Shown: positions 48,090 through 61,003 of the stretch, one piece after another
How the letters are laid out: each line of letters starts with the position of its first letter
Position numbering within the stretch: position 1 is the stretch's first letter
DNA from: Dipteris shenzhenensis
Lineage: Eukaryota
Strand: one strand, 5' to 3'
Assembly: GCA_047967505.1 (NCBI GenBank)
Contig: CM106538.1
DNA: 64,000 nt
The notes under the pieces: generated by a model
Seen by the model: the letters and a program-made list of their open reading frames with translations, nothing else
Told to the model about the DNA's origin: nothing
The model's database searches: none
Translations under genes and position numbers: made by a program

Positions 48090-51000
48090 TGTGATCAAAA
48101 GGAGAGATGGAGAGCAAGCCACAAACGTACTGAATAGAAGAGATTGGAAAAACATACAAGAGGTGAAGGTTTTGTCCAAGTGACAAAACCTAAACCTATC
48201 CACTAACCGTAGTTAGGGATCCTGACTGTGGTTAGGGAGGAAAACCTCTAATGAGGCTAAAGTGCATCTAACTCACTTATTAACTACCCATTGATCACTG
48301 CCATGAATTATGGCGATAATTCCAACACCCCCCTGCATTGCCAATGTGATGATGTACAAGGAATAGATCAATCACCAAAAGGAGATAAGTTCAGGGCATT
48401 GCGAAATGCCTCAAACTTCTCACGTGGAAGTGCTTTGGTGAAGATGTTTGCAACATTGTCATGTGTGGAGACATAGATCATCTTGATCTCCCCTGCATGC
48501 GACTTCTCTCTCACATAGTGATAATAAACCTCAATGTGCTTCGTGAGCATGAAACACATGATTTTTTGCAACTGCTATAGCACTCTGACTATTAGTGAGA
48601 ATTGGAGAAGGACCCTCCAATGATACGTGAAGATCAGCGAATAAGCAGCGTTACCATACACACTCAACTGTTGCTCTGAAAGCTGCCGTGTACTCAGCTT
48701 CACATGGGGAAGTAGCCACAGTAGATTGTTTCTTACTTAGACAAGAAATGCAAGCATGTCCCAAAAAGAAACAATTACCACTTGTGGATTGCCTAGTGTC
48801 ATAATCTCCAGCCCACTCTGAGTCACTGTAAGCGTGCATTTGCAAGTCACCCCCCCTTAGGAAACATCATCCAACAACTGGCTATAGAGTGTGACATCTA
48901 CTGATTCACTTGCATCATACATAGTAAGCTTCAGCCTTGGCTCCATGGGAGTGGCTGTAGGCTTGCAATCTTGCATGTTGAGCGGATCCAAGAGCTTTTA
49001 CACATACTTGGATTGAGACGTAATAATGCCATGTCTCTCTTGTATAAACTGGATCCCCAAATAAAAATGTAACGTGTCCAAATCTGACATGTAAATGTAG
49101 CTTTTGAAATCTGTAATTTTTTCATGTGATCTTGTGAGCAACATGTCATCTACATAAAGAATGATGACCAAAATATTCCCCCCATCCTTCTTGATGTAGA
49201 GGGTACTCTCAGTTGGACTGTTATGAAGCCCCTTGCTGGCCAGAAAGGCATCAATCTCAGAGTACCATGCACGTGGGGCTTGTTTCAGCCCATACAAAGC
49301 TTTATTTAGCTTGCAAACTTTATGTGCATTACCCGAAATTTCAAAGCCAGGAGGTTGTTTGACATAAACCTCTTCCAACAAGTCTCCATTAAGAAAAGCT
49401 CCAACTGATGAACATTCCAATCAAAATGTGCAGCCATAGCAATAACTGATTTGATAGTGGTCATCCTGGAAGTAGGAGCAAATGTGTCCTCATAATCAAT
49501 GCCCTTTTTCGGACCATAGCCTTTTGCAACCAGCCGTGCCTTGTACCTGTCAATGTTTAGTTTGAAAACCCATTTGGTACCTATGGCATTCTTGCCTGGT
49601 GGCAAATCCACAAGATGCCAGGTCTGATTTTTCTCAATGGACTGCAACTCATCTTTCATGGCATTTATCCAATGCACATCGTCCTTATCTTCTTCAAAAG
49701 TGTTAGGCTCTTCCTCATCAAGAAGAGTACCTGCATAAGCTAATTCAATAGAAAGAGCCTCCCCTTCGCGCCTTGTTGTAGGCAAAGGAGCATCAAGTGT
49801 TACGCTCTAGCCGAGGTAGCATGACCTCGGAAGAATCAGTCGACATTTCCCTTAAAGGATCTATGTTTGTAATTATTTGTTTGCGCTTCATGTAAATGAT
49901 CATGAGGGAATTAATGTCAAGGTCCTAGGTGAGGGTTGATAGCACCAGACTAGGTGGATCTAAGGCTAAGGGCCTAATGTAGGAAATGTGCCTAGGGGCA
50001 AAGAATTTTAAAGCATCCCAAGAGAGGGGTGAAATGTTGCATTGGGAAGGCTCTATGATGATGACATGTGGCATCTAGATCCATCTAGGGAGATGGGGCT
50101 TGTTGAAGCTAGAGAGAGAAGAGAATGAATTATTCACGTATGTTTTTTCGAACTGTAATTCTCTGTTAGCTTGTGTGCTTCAGCAAGGTTGGATGGGAGG
50201 AAAGAATTGGTGCTGCTCCTGTGATCTGCAGTAGGAATAGATATAGTGTCTAATAAATTGGTATCAGAGCCCAAGGGAAGAGACCAAGGGAAGGGGTTCG
50301 TGAGCTGTGACGAAAGCTACGAACGGTGTATTGTTAGTGCTATCAGTTGAAGGGTGTATCACTTGATTGGTGATAGCGGACAGCAGGCGTGGAGCGTAGG
50401 TGTGGCGACTCGACTACTTGTGACCTCCGCACGATGGACAGACGGGACCATCGCTGACCTGCGACGTGTTCGACGAATGTTTTAGGTGTGATCACGAAAT
50501 AACCCGTGAGCAAGGTGTTGGCGCTGCCGTGGTCTACGACGGAAGGTTGGCACTGCCTGTGGTCTACGATGGAAACAATGATAGCATGACCGGAGGCCTT
50601 CGATGATTCGTGGATGGGCGACCTGTTTCCAGAGAACGTAGGCAAGGATAAGAGGCCACGCAAACAAAGATTATGAAAGGCTTTGACGGAACGCACTTGT
50701 GAAAGGAAGCATGACAGAGATACGTATCGAGGGATTCCAAGGTGCAGCACGGCGTGATGCATGGTGGAGTGTTATTCGACGAGCAACTGGCCACGTATTC
50801 AGGACTTGGATAGCGAGGGCGAAGCTGAACGCATTTCCCTGGGTCGTGCACGCAGTGGGATTGTGTAGACAGTACGGGAGACTGTTGGTTGGATTTGCAT
50901 GGATCCAAGAAGGCTGTGACGAAATCGTTGATGACCAGGGAGCTCTCTTTGACCTCCATCAATTCCGTGTTTTTTTTTTTCCCTTGATTTAGTCGGTTGA

Positions 51001-54000
51001 TGCTCTGCTTTCATAAACATGATCTTGTAAGTGATTAGTCTGTAGGAAACTTTGATGCTATAGCAGGGACAGATTATGCTTGGGATTATGCCTATGTGCT
51101 TCAGTCAGAGTTAGTTTGCAGGAGCTTTCCTAGTATAGGAAAAAGCGCTATTTGGGATATATGCCTGTGTCAAATGCCTAGTCAGTGTGCATGTGGGATT
51201 GCAGGAATTCCCTAGTATAGGGAATTGTGTCAGAGTGCCAGTACACTGAATTGCGTCAGTTTGTAAATATAGTTTTTTAGCGGTGTTATTAAAAAAAAAC
51301 AAAAGACAAAACAAAACACCCATTGAACTGAATGGAAGCAGAAGAAGGGGCTTCCAGGAGGGGCCCTGGTGAGTTAGGAGTCCGGCCGACCCAGCAGGTG
51401 TCGCGCCAAGTAGCTCATACCTTATCTGGCAGGATTGCATTGCTTGAGGATGCCTTGCAACAGTTATTAGCGCAGCAGTTACAGGCCAATGCGGGGCAGT
51501 CTGAACTTAGGAGAGCGATACACAGTATGTCTGCCAGACCTTCTTGAGAGGAGAAGGGAAAGGCTCCAATGGAACTGGAGTAATGGAACTGGAGTCTAAT
51601 GTCCATACGGTCGAGCCTAGGAAGGCTAAAGTACCAAATATTGCCAATTACAGGCCAGAAAAGTATTTTGGTCGGATGAATGACCGTAGTTCCGATGTCA
51701 TTGAGACCTGGTTACACAAATGGGACGAGGCGTTCGCCATTTGTGAAATCAGAAATGACATCAAGAAGATCCGCGAGGCCACCCACATGTTTAGTGAGGC
51801 AGCGGATCGGTGGTGGATTAAACAACAAAAAGATGGTATAGCATCCACTACCTGGGAGGGGTTTAAAAGAGAATTCAGGAAACACTTCTTACCTCCTGAC
51901 GAAGCATCCCGAGCTTGGGATCAATATAGGAATCTTCGTCAGAGAAATTTATCGGTGGCAGAATACACTGATAAGTTTCGAGAGAGTGTAATGAAGGTTA
52001 ATGAACCCCTGTCTCAATCAATCCAAGTGAAAGATTTCATATTTGGATTGAATGATCGAATAAAAATGGAAGTTCGGGCTAAGTACGCGAACACGTTAGA
52101 TGATGCAATAGCCATAGCCCTGAACTATGAAGATGCCAAGGGCAGCAGGCCAAGTGGGTTTGCACAGGTCGGTGTCTTGCGAGGTGAGAAAGATATACCT
52201 CAGGGACCGTTGGTTTCCGTGATGGAAATCCGAAAAGCTCAAGAAGAGTTTTTATTCCTTTGCACATCATCAGTAGAGCCGGTTGATGATTCTTCGGCTA
52301 GCACTAATGTTATGCAAAGTGGTGAGATGGCCAAGTTGACTAATCTTATAACATAGGAGTTCTCTGAATGTTTTAGGGATAAACTACCTTATGGGTTACC
52401 TCCAGAGCGGAATGTTCAGCATAAGATTGAGCTAATCCCGGGGACAGAACCTGTAAATAGACCTCCCTATAGAATGAGTTTTACTGAAGAGGCGGAGGTG
52501 CGTAGACAACTGGAAGAATACCTCAAGTTGGGGCATATTCAACCAAGTTTCTCACCTTTTGCTTCGCCATTGATATTAAAGAAAAAAAAGGATGATACGT
52601 TTCGCCTCTGTATAGATTACAGAGCATTGAATAATATCACTGTTAAGCACAGGTATCCGATGGCTCGGATTGATGATTTGCTAGATGCATTACATGGAGC
52701 CGTGATTTTCAGCAAGATAGATCTTAAGTGTGGCTACCATTAGATCTGGATTAGAGCCGAGGATATGCATAAAACCGCTTTCAGAAGCAGGTTTGGTAAT
52801 TATGAGTTTTTGGTAATGCCCTTCGGACTTACCAATGCTCCAGCTACATTCGTCATGCTTATGAATGATTTACTATGTCCGTATATCGGAAAGTTTGTAG
52901 TACACTTTATTGACAATATTCTAGTGTTCAGTAAAAGTATTACTGAGCATCGTGAACACCTGAGAATAGTGTTTAGTACTTTGAGGAAAGCCAGTCTTTA
53001 TGTAAATAAAAAGAAAACTATACTGTGTATGGTTAGGCTTGAATATTTAGGATTCATAATTACTCCACAGGGGGTAGAAATGGATCCGAAGAAAGTGGCT
53101 GCGATACTAACTTGGCCAATCCCTGAGAGTCTGACAGCGTTGCGATCATTCTTGGGGTTCGTCCAGTTTTATAGAAGGCATATCAAAGGATATTCCGAAA
53201 TAGTATCGCCATTGACTGATCTGACCTCAGATAAAGTATCTTTTATATGGGGACGGAATCAACAAGAAAGTTTTAACACCATAAAACAAGCTGTGGTCAC
53301 AGGACCGGTGTTAAAAATAGTTGATCCCCAGAAACCGTTGTTCCTGGAAACCGATGCAAGTGGCATTGCGGTAGGAGCAGTTCTCCTTCAAGAGGGAAGG
53401 CCAGTAGCCTTTGAAAGCAAGAAGCTTTCTCCCTCTCAAAGGAATTGGCCAACTCATGAATTGGAGTTGTATGCTGTTATCCATGCTTTGAAAACATGGA
53501 GGCATTATTTATATGGTTCAGAGTTTTATGTGGATGTGGATGTGGATCATGATACTCTGAAACATTTTTGTAAACAGCCTGACTTGAGGGGCTGCTAAGC
53601 TAGGTGGGCATAGCTTATGCAGGAGTTTATTTTAACGATTCGGTACCGAAGAGGAAAAGATAATAAGGTTACTGATGCGTTGTCTCGCATTATGCACAAC
53701 CTGAGTTTCACGGTATTAGAGAGTGCTCTAATGACCGAGATCAGAGAAACTCAAAAGGTGGACAAGTTTGTCCAGAGCTTATGGCCTAAGGCTCATGTGT
53801 TAAAACCCGGGGAAAATAAAAAGGATGACCTGGCATCCAGAAAAGGCCAAACTTATGCAAGATATACCATAAGGGATGGTATGCTGAAAAGAAATGGCAA
53901 GGTTGTAGTACCTAGTCAGAACGATCTTAGGCAGAGAGTCATTCGACAGTGCCATGATAGCCCATGCGCGGGACACCCAGGAGTCGAGAAGACATATGAT

Positions 54001-57000
54001 CTCGTGAAGCGAGATTTCTTTTGGCCAAAGATGAAAAAGCATATTCATGAATATGTGACACGGTGTTTCTCGTGTCAGGTAAGTAAGGCCAAACAGGTGA
54101 AGCCACCCGGACTTTTACAGCCCTTGGAAATACCACTGAGTAAGTGGGAGAGCATTTCCATGGACTTTATTGTAGGGCTGCCTACAACACAAGGAGGGTA
54201 TGATTCTATCCTTGTGGTGGTTGATCGTCTAACCAAGATGGCTCACTTCATTCCGACTAGAGAGTCTGTTAGTGCCCCGCAAGTGGCGGATTTGTTTATT
54301 AGACATATATTTCGTCTGCATGGATTGCCTAGATCCATAGTGTCAGACAGAGATGTCAGATTTACCGGTCATTTTTGGACAGCGGTATTTGAGACACTAA
54401 GGACTGAGTTGGGAATGAGTAGTGGGGATCATCCTGAGACCGATGGTCAGACGGAGAGAGTCAACCAGACTTTAGAGGATATGCTGAGGGCATATGTGTC
54501 ATTGAGGCAACATACATGGGATAAGTGGTTGTTGTTGTTGGAGTTTGCCTACAATGATAGAAAACATTCCTCTACAGGGTTCAGTCCGTTTGAGCTGAAC
54601 TATGGTTATAGACCAGCAAATCCAACTATAGTTGGAGTACCTCAGAAAGTACCTAGTGCTGCGAACTTTGTAGTTCAGATGTGGGAGATGCTAGCACTTG
54701 TGAGAGCTAATATCCGCCAGGCTATGGATAGAGCCAAGGTGTATGCGGATGAAAACCGGTCTATAAGAGTATTTAAGGAAGGAGAAAAAGTTTTTCTCAG
54801 AGTTCCTTCGCACTCGAAGTCGTCGACTTCAGGAGAGTGTGCTAAGTTATCACCTCGATAGTGTGGGCCGTGGTTAATTCTAAAGAGAATAGGCAAGGTA
54901 GCCTATAAATTAGAATTGCCACAGGGGTGTAAGGTGCACCGGGCTTTTCATGTTTCGCGCTTAAAGAAATTTTTACATACAGGTGACTCACTAATCAAAG
55001 GTGTGGTTTTGTTTCACGAGAGAGAGGATAATGCGAGGCGCAAACTAACAAGAATCCTGGACCGAGGAACAATGCAAATACGAAATCGGAAGATACCCAC
55101 GGTGTTGGTTGCATGGCATGGTCAGCCTCTATCCGAAGCTACTTGGGAATCCGTGTACCAGTTGCGGAGAGTGTTCCCAGAATTTATCATCGAGGAGGTT
55201 GATGTCTGAAGAGGGAAGGAATGTTATGCTCTAGCCGAGGTAGCATGACCTCGGAAGAACCAGTCGACATTTCCCTTAAAGGATCTATGTTTGTAATTAT
55301 TTATTTGCGCTTCATGTAAATGATCATGAGGGAATTAATGTCAAGGTCCTAGGTGAGGGTTGATAGCACTAGACTAGGTGGATCTAAGGCTAAGGGCCTA
55401 ATGTAGGAAATGTGCCTAGGGGCAAAGAATTTTAAAGCATCCCAAGAGAGGGGTGAAATGTTGCATTGGGAAGGCTCTATGATGATGACATGTGGCATCT
55501 AGATCCATCTAGGGAGATGGGGCTTGTTGATGCTAGAGAGAGAAGAGAATGAATTATTCACGCATGTTTTTTCGAATTGTAATTCTCTGTCAGCTCGTGT
55601 GCTTCAGCAAGGTTGGTTGGGAGGAAAGAATTGGTGCTGCTCTCGTGATCTGCAGTAGGAATAGATATAGTGTCTAACATCAAGCTTACTCTCCCCAAGA
55701 GTTTGGAGCAGCCAATTGGGAACCGATGTGGCTGCATGTATCTCTGTAATCTCTTGCTTGACAGCATCTTCCACTGGCTGTGGAGGACCCTAAATCAGCC
55801 GGTGGCTGAATTGGGGCATGTGGAACATGACGAGCTTGCTGCAAGTTATGATTTTGAGCAAGGATGTTAGAAGCAGAACCCAAAGCAATGGGTATTAACC
55901 CCTCGCAAACATCATCTAATGTAGAATAAGCTGACACATTAAACTGAAATTTTTTAAAAGATTACATCTTTGTTGACAAAAATCTTGCGTGAAGCAAGAT
56001 TGTAGAGACGGAAACCTTTGCTCTCTGCACTATACCCAACAAATATGCATTTAATTGCCTTGTCTAACAGCTTATGTCGAAACTCAACAGGCACATGGGC
56101 ATATGCAACACATCCAAAGACACAAAAATGTTCCACTGAAGGCTTTCTCCCATGCCAACCTTCATAAGGAGTCTTTGTTTTTAAAGCCTTAGTGGGAGCC
56201 CGATTCAAAACATAGTTGGCACACATGAGATCCTCAAGCCAAAATCTGTGAAACAACTTTTTGCTTGTGAGCTTGCATCTATCCATCCCATAAGAGTTCG
56301 ATTCTTCCGCTCAGATTTGCCATTTTGCTGACGGGTAAGCCTCACTTATGCTGATGTGTGATGCCTTTCTCTTTCAAATAAGCCTCAAATTCACATATAC
56401 TCCCCCCCTCTATCTGTGCGTAGAATCTGAACCGTGAGGCTTGTTTCATTCTCAACCTTTGCGACAAAGTGTCGAAAATGCTTAAATACATCTGATTTTT
56501 TCTTTAAACCATAGACCCAAGTGTAATTTGAGTAGTCATCAATAAATGTGACATAATAGAGATAACCACCCAATGCAGGAGTCCTCATGGGACCACAGAC
56601 ATTACTATGAATGAGCTGTAATTTCTCATTGACATTGAAAGCACATGAATCCTTAGAAGGATCATAACTTCAAGTCAGAAAAGCATAAGAGTCATTCTCA
56701 GATGTGGCTGTAATATCTAGAGCAACCATGTGAAAATTAGGAACTGCAAGTCAAAAAGGCATACTCTTCTTCCACTAAGTTGGCTGAAGCATCACCACCA
56801 TCATGTGCATGAGGAGCTGAATCTGTGACAGCCATACCTGAATCTTTTTTCTTTTCCTTGACAATTTTTTTCTTACATTCTCCTATGTAGTGACCCGGCT
56901 TCTTGCAATAATGACAAACACCCTTTCTCTTCAGTTTGTCAACATCATTCTTAGCCTTGTGAGAAGGTTGTCCAGAATCAGCTTTACGTTGATGTGAAGG

Positions 57001-58081
57001 CTGATCTGCATGCTGCTTATGCTGCCCCTTCCCTTTGGGCTTGAATTTCGAAACCATGGCATGCTCACCAGCTCGCAAAGCCATGTTCTTCCTGGTTTGT
57101 TTTTCCTGCAACAAAAGTCCTATCAACTCATGAAAGGTGAGAGGGTTGCCACCCCCCTCAATGACAAATTCAATGAGGTATGAAAGCCAAGATAAGACTC
57201 AGGAAAAGAATTCAAAGTGGTAGTGACCATCTCTGAATCTGGAATGATGTCATCAATATTCAACGATTGCTCTCTCAAATTCTGAAGTTTAGTGAGGTGC
57301 TCAAACATAGAGTCACCCTTATCTATGTGAGTATGAGTCAACTCTCGCTTCAAGAAAGAGACCCTAGCATCAAGGGCAAATATAAGAAAAGCCCCAAATT
57401 GTGCAATCAAATCAACCCAATGTGCAAATGTGTGCCTGTGAGCACACCAAACTTCCAAATACACCTGCAATGAGAAATACAAAGGGAACGTGCAGCTGTA
57501 CGGAAGCTCTTGCAGTATAGAACACGAGCGCATGGGCTTGGTGTGCAAATGGTGTATGATCAGCGTATAGGGTACGTACGGCTACACGTGCACACTTGCT
57601 TGGTGTAAGGACGATGTACGGTCAAGGTACCGCCAGTGTACGGACAATGGGCGGAGGCTGTACGCCAAGATGACAGGACCGTGGAGCAGCGTGCCACTGA
57701 TTTGACGAGTTACTGTACGGCAGGACCCTACAGTTGTACGAGATGTGTAGCGGACTGGTATGGCTATTGGTCTGGGGATGTACGTAATCGTGTACGGCTG
57801 ACGATGCTGCAAACTAGCGTGACGATGGACTCGATGTTCGGAAGTAGAGAGGCAGGCTTGACGATGAGCTCTAGGTCTGGGAGCAGAAGCAAGCTTTGAT
57901 ACCAAATGTGAACAAAAGGAGAGATGGAGAGCAAGCCACAAACGTACTGAATAGAAGAGATTGAAAAAACATATCCTAACTGTGGTTAGAGTGAAAAACC
58001 TCTTATGAGGGAAAAGTGCCCCTAACTCACTTATTGACTACACATTGATCATTGCCATGAATTATGGCAATAATTTCGACA
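48090..58081 (-). mobile_element. Ty1/Copia element (same family as 9794-15733) with internal deletions and a nested Gypsy
   Basis: LTRs 48090-48327 and 57907-58081 (the latter internally deleted); TSD AGAAA (48085-48089; 58082-58086); minus-strand PBS TGGTATCAAAGC; pol ends FRNALNLSPFGD. Confidence 0.93.
49798..55679 (+). mobile_element. Ty3/Gypsy chromovirus nested in the Copia
   Basis: 458-bp LTRs (49798-50255, 55222-55679); TSD TCAAG; PBS TGGTATCAGAGC at 50259; PPT gaagagggaagga. Gag, RT, RH, IN and chromodomain-like LVAWHGQPLSEATWES. Confidence 0.96.
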
Positions 58082-59638
58082 AGAAATCGGTTCTATCATT
58101 GCTTAATTAAAGTGGCATAGTACTTGGATACGGTAGAAGTGTGATAGTTCAAACAAACTTTGTAGATTTTTGGACAAATTGGCTTGGAGCTAAAATCAAT
58201 GAAAAACTTGAGTTGTATCTTTTTACCTTGGACTATAATTTCTACTTTTTGAATATTGCTTAACGATTGTTACCATAAAGTTGTGCTTAAATGTTTGTTG
58301 TAGTCTCGTCTTGGTTTGTGAGTGTCAAAGATTAGCGGGTGTATCATGCTTCCTCTAATCATTCGTAAGGGCAAGATGGCTCAATTGTTTCTCACTTATT
58401 GACTTTCAAACAAAGAGATTAAGGTTGTGATTAAAATCATGCGTGCAACTGCCTCAGAGCAATAAACTGCACCTTAGATATATCTGCTATAAATTTGGAG
58501 GGTAAAGACTTAGTGCTTAAATGACACCTCCATAGTAAAACCAAGGTTTTAAATAATTCTCACATTCAAAATGTGGTGCTTTCTACGAAGAAAAATTACT
58601 CTTTCTGAAAGCTTTGCACCAGTTCAATGGAAGTGGTGTTCATAATCAAAGTGGGTGTTAATTACCTTTTCTCCCATGAAAATAAACTCTCTCTACATGT
58701 AGTTGTTTTTGTAGGGATATATTAGTCTTGTGTGGCTCAACTTAAGGAAGGAGACTAATATATATGTCCTGTTTGGAAATACTGTGAAATACCTTCTTGT
58801 AGTACTTGACTAAATTCCCACACAATTTGAGAGTATTTGATGCAAAAAACGTGCTAGAAGAGTAGATTATACATTTCCAAGAATTAAGGGAAAATTTTTG
58901 CCATTCAATTGTACTCACAATCATTTCAAACAAATATCAATGAAATTGACTTGAAGATCTAATCTTTACTTAGAGACTTTGTTGCCCTGTTGACATTAAC
59001 TCAATTAATGTTTTCACAATTTCTTTACATTCCATGAAAGTTTCATTTTTCATGGCAATTCACCACACTGCTACCACTAGACAGCTTTTGTTGCCCATTT
59101 TTTTTGGCACTTTGGCTCTATGCAAGCAATTGCTTATAGTCTTTTACTTTTTCTCTCAAAGAGGAACTCAATACTAGTCTTTTTCCAAAATGAATACAAG
59201 ATATCTTTCAAAAACCATGACCTACTCAAAACCAAAAAGAAAACTCAACAACTCACCAAGCTTGCACTCTGTTGTGAGTGCTATGAGTGTCTTTTTTGAA
59301 TACTTTGATTTTGTCTATGAAGATGGCTCAAGTTCTTGGGTGTTCTAAAGAGAGAAGATTTAGATAGGACCATTTGAATCAGAGAGGAATCCGTCAACTT
59401 ATCATTTTAGATGTAGTACTAGGTTCTTTGTATAGACCTCACTTTTCTTCAATAGATTCGATCTAGAAGATTGTTGCTAGTCTCATTGCATATCCTTTCA
59501 ATGGCTTGCCAATGGTTTCTTTGGGACATACTTGCTAGTTCACTAACTACAAAGCTAAGCTCCGACAAAGTGTTGGTTGGATAAATCAATCTCCTAATAG
59601 CTGCTCTATAAAGTGTGGGATGAGATCCTGCTCCTGCG

Positions 59639-60042
59639 AATGCCCCCCCCTCCCTCGCTCCCGTCTACCCCCCCTCGCGTTGCGCGGCCCTCCCCTCCCC
59701 CTCCTCCCTCACCGTTGCCTCCCGCTCCCCTCTCCTCCCCCTCTGCCCGTCGTTCCCTCCCCCACTCCGCTCCTCCCCTCTCCACTCTCCGTTCCCTCCC
59801 CGCTTCCCCGCCCCGCCTCCCTCTCCGCTCTCAGTCCCCCCGCCTCCCCCCCCTCGCGTTGCGCTACCCACCCCCCCCGCCCCCTCCTGTCCCCCCCGCT
59901 GCGGCGCAACGCTGTCCCCCCCTCCCCCTCCTTCCTCGCCTCTCCTCCCCACCCCCTCTCGTGCGGCGCTGCCACACCTCCTCCCTTTCCCCCTTCCTCT
60001 CCCCCTCCTTGCGCTTCACTACCTCTCCCCCCCCGCTTCCCT
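59639..60042. repeat. C-rich polypyrimidine low-complexity tract
   Basis: About 400 bp of C runs with a repeated ccccccctcgcgttgcgc motif. Confidence 0.9.
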
Positions 60043-60375
60043 GTATCTCTCCATGTACCAAGGAGATGTGCATCTGCTTTGGTAGAGGAGACATGCGTGT
60101 ACTTGGGTACACAGATTCAGACTATGCAGGGCATGTGGATAATAGGAGATCCACTTCTGGTTATGTGTTCACCTTTGCAGGTAGTGCAGTGTCGTGGATG
60201 TCTCGCGCACAGAAGTGCATTGCTTTGTCTACCACAGAGGCTGAGTATGTTGCAGCCACAGAGGGTTGCAAGGAGGCTATATGGCTTGATCGGCTAGTGG
60301 GAGATTTGGAGATTCATACAGGTGTACCGACACTGCATAGTGATTCCATGAGTGCTATTCAGCTAGCACGGAATC
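60043..60375 (+). mobile_element. Copia RNase H fragment from a different family
   Basis: GYTDSDYAGHVDNRRSTSGYVFTFAGSAVSWMSRAQKCIALSTTEAEYVAATEGCKEAIWL. Confidence 0.9.
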
Positions 60376-61003
60376 GGTGCGGTATGGTGGCCACGAGCTC
60401 GGAACCGGTGGCCCAGATGGACCCCCCCCCTCCATCAGCCTACCGCGTAACACTGACAGAGCACTAGGTCTCCTTGGTGAAGCAGGCCGCCACGGACTTC
60501 TCCCAGACATCCGTTTATGGGAGAGTCATTGGTTACTTCCCTTCACGAGCAGACATCAGGGACTGGTTGTAGTCCACCCTCTACCTTGAGGACAGCCACA
60601 TTGAGGAGGTTGCACTCATGGGACGTGGTATCTTCTGGCTCAAGCTCTCCTCAGCACAGGCTGCGAGCGATATGGTCAGGCGATCCCCTACTTCTGTGGG
60701 TGGGAAGATCATCCTTATGGTCCCATGGTATAGGGGTTTCAGTGTAGCAGACTTCGATGCCCGCTTCCGCATTCCTCGCCATCCAGTTACCCTCATCTTC
60801 CCAAGCCTCGCAACCGAGCTTCGCCCGATCATCAAGGACCTGGGGGCGCACTTTGACTAGCCTATGCAGGACATCTACGTTGATGCGGCGGCAGCCCAAG
60901 GGGTGCCACGTGTCAAAGTGGCAGTCCTAGATCCGCAGAGTATCCCCTCGGAGTTCGAGATCGAGACGGACACAGGTGTGGTGACGCAGCGCATTGTGGT
61001 GAC
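60376..61003 (+). mobile_element. GC-rich L1 ORF1-like (DUF4283-type) fragment
   Basis: EVALMGRGIFWLKLSSAQAASDMVRRSPTSVGGKIILMVPWYRGF resembles the plant L1 ORF1 pattern (LGxGxFxxxF..PW); a few stops. Confidence 0.55.

Noticed and set aside
58082-59612. Search for the next VPS26 exon (EMYFDRGNFYDF-like), also at 47420-48089 and 63316-64000
   Set aside because: No matching AG/GT-bounded frame found by eye; it probably lies beyond the window.
59613-60467. 284-aa proline-rich ORF resembling an extensin or formin
   Set aside because: A poly-C tract fused to a Copia RNase H fragment; several frames are open for compositional reasons.
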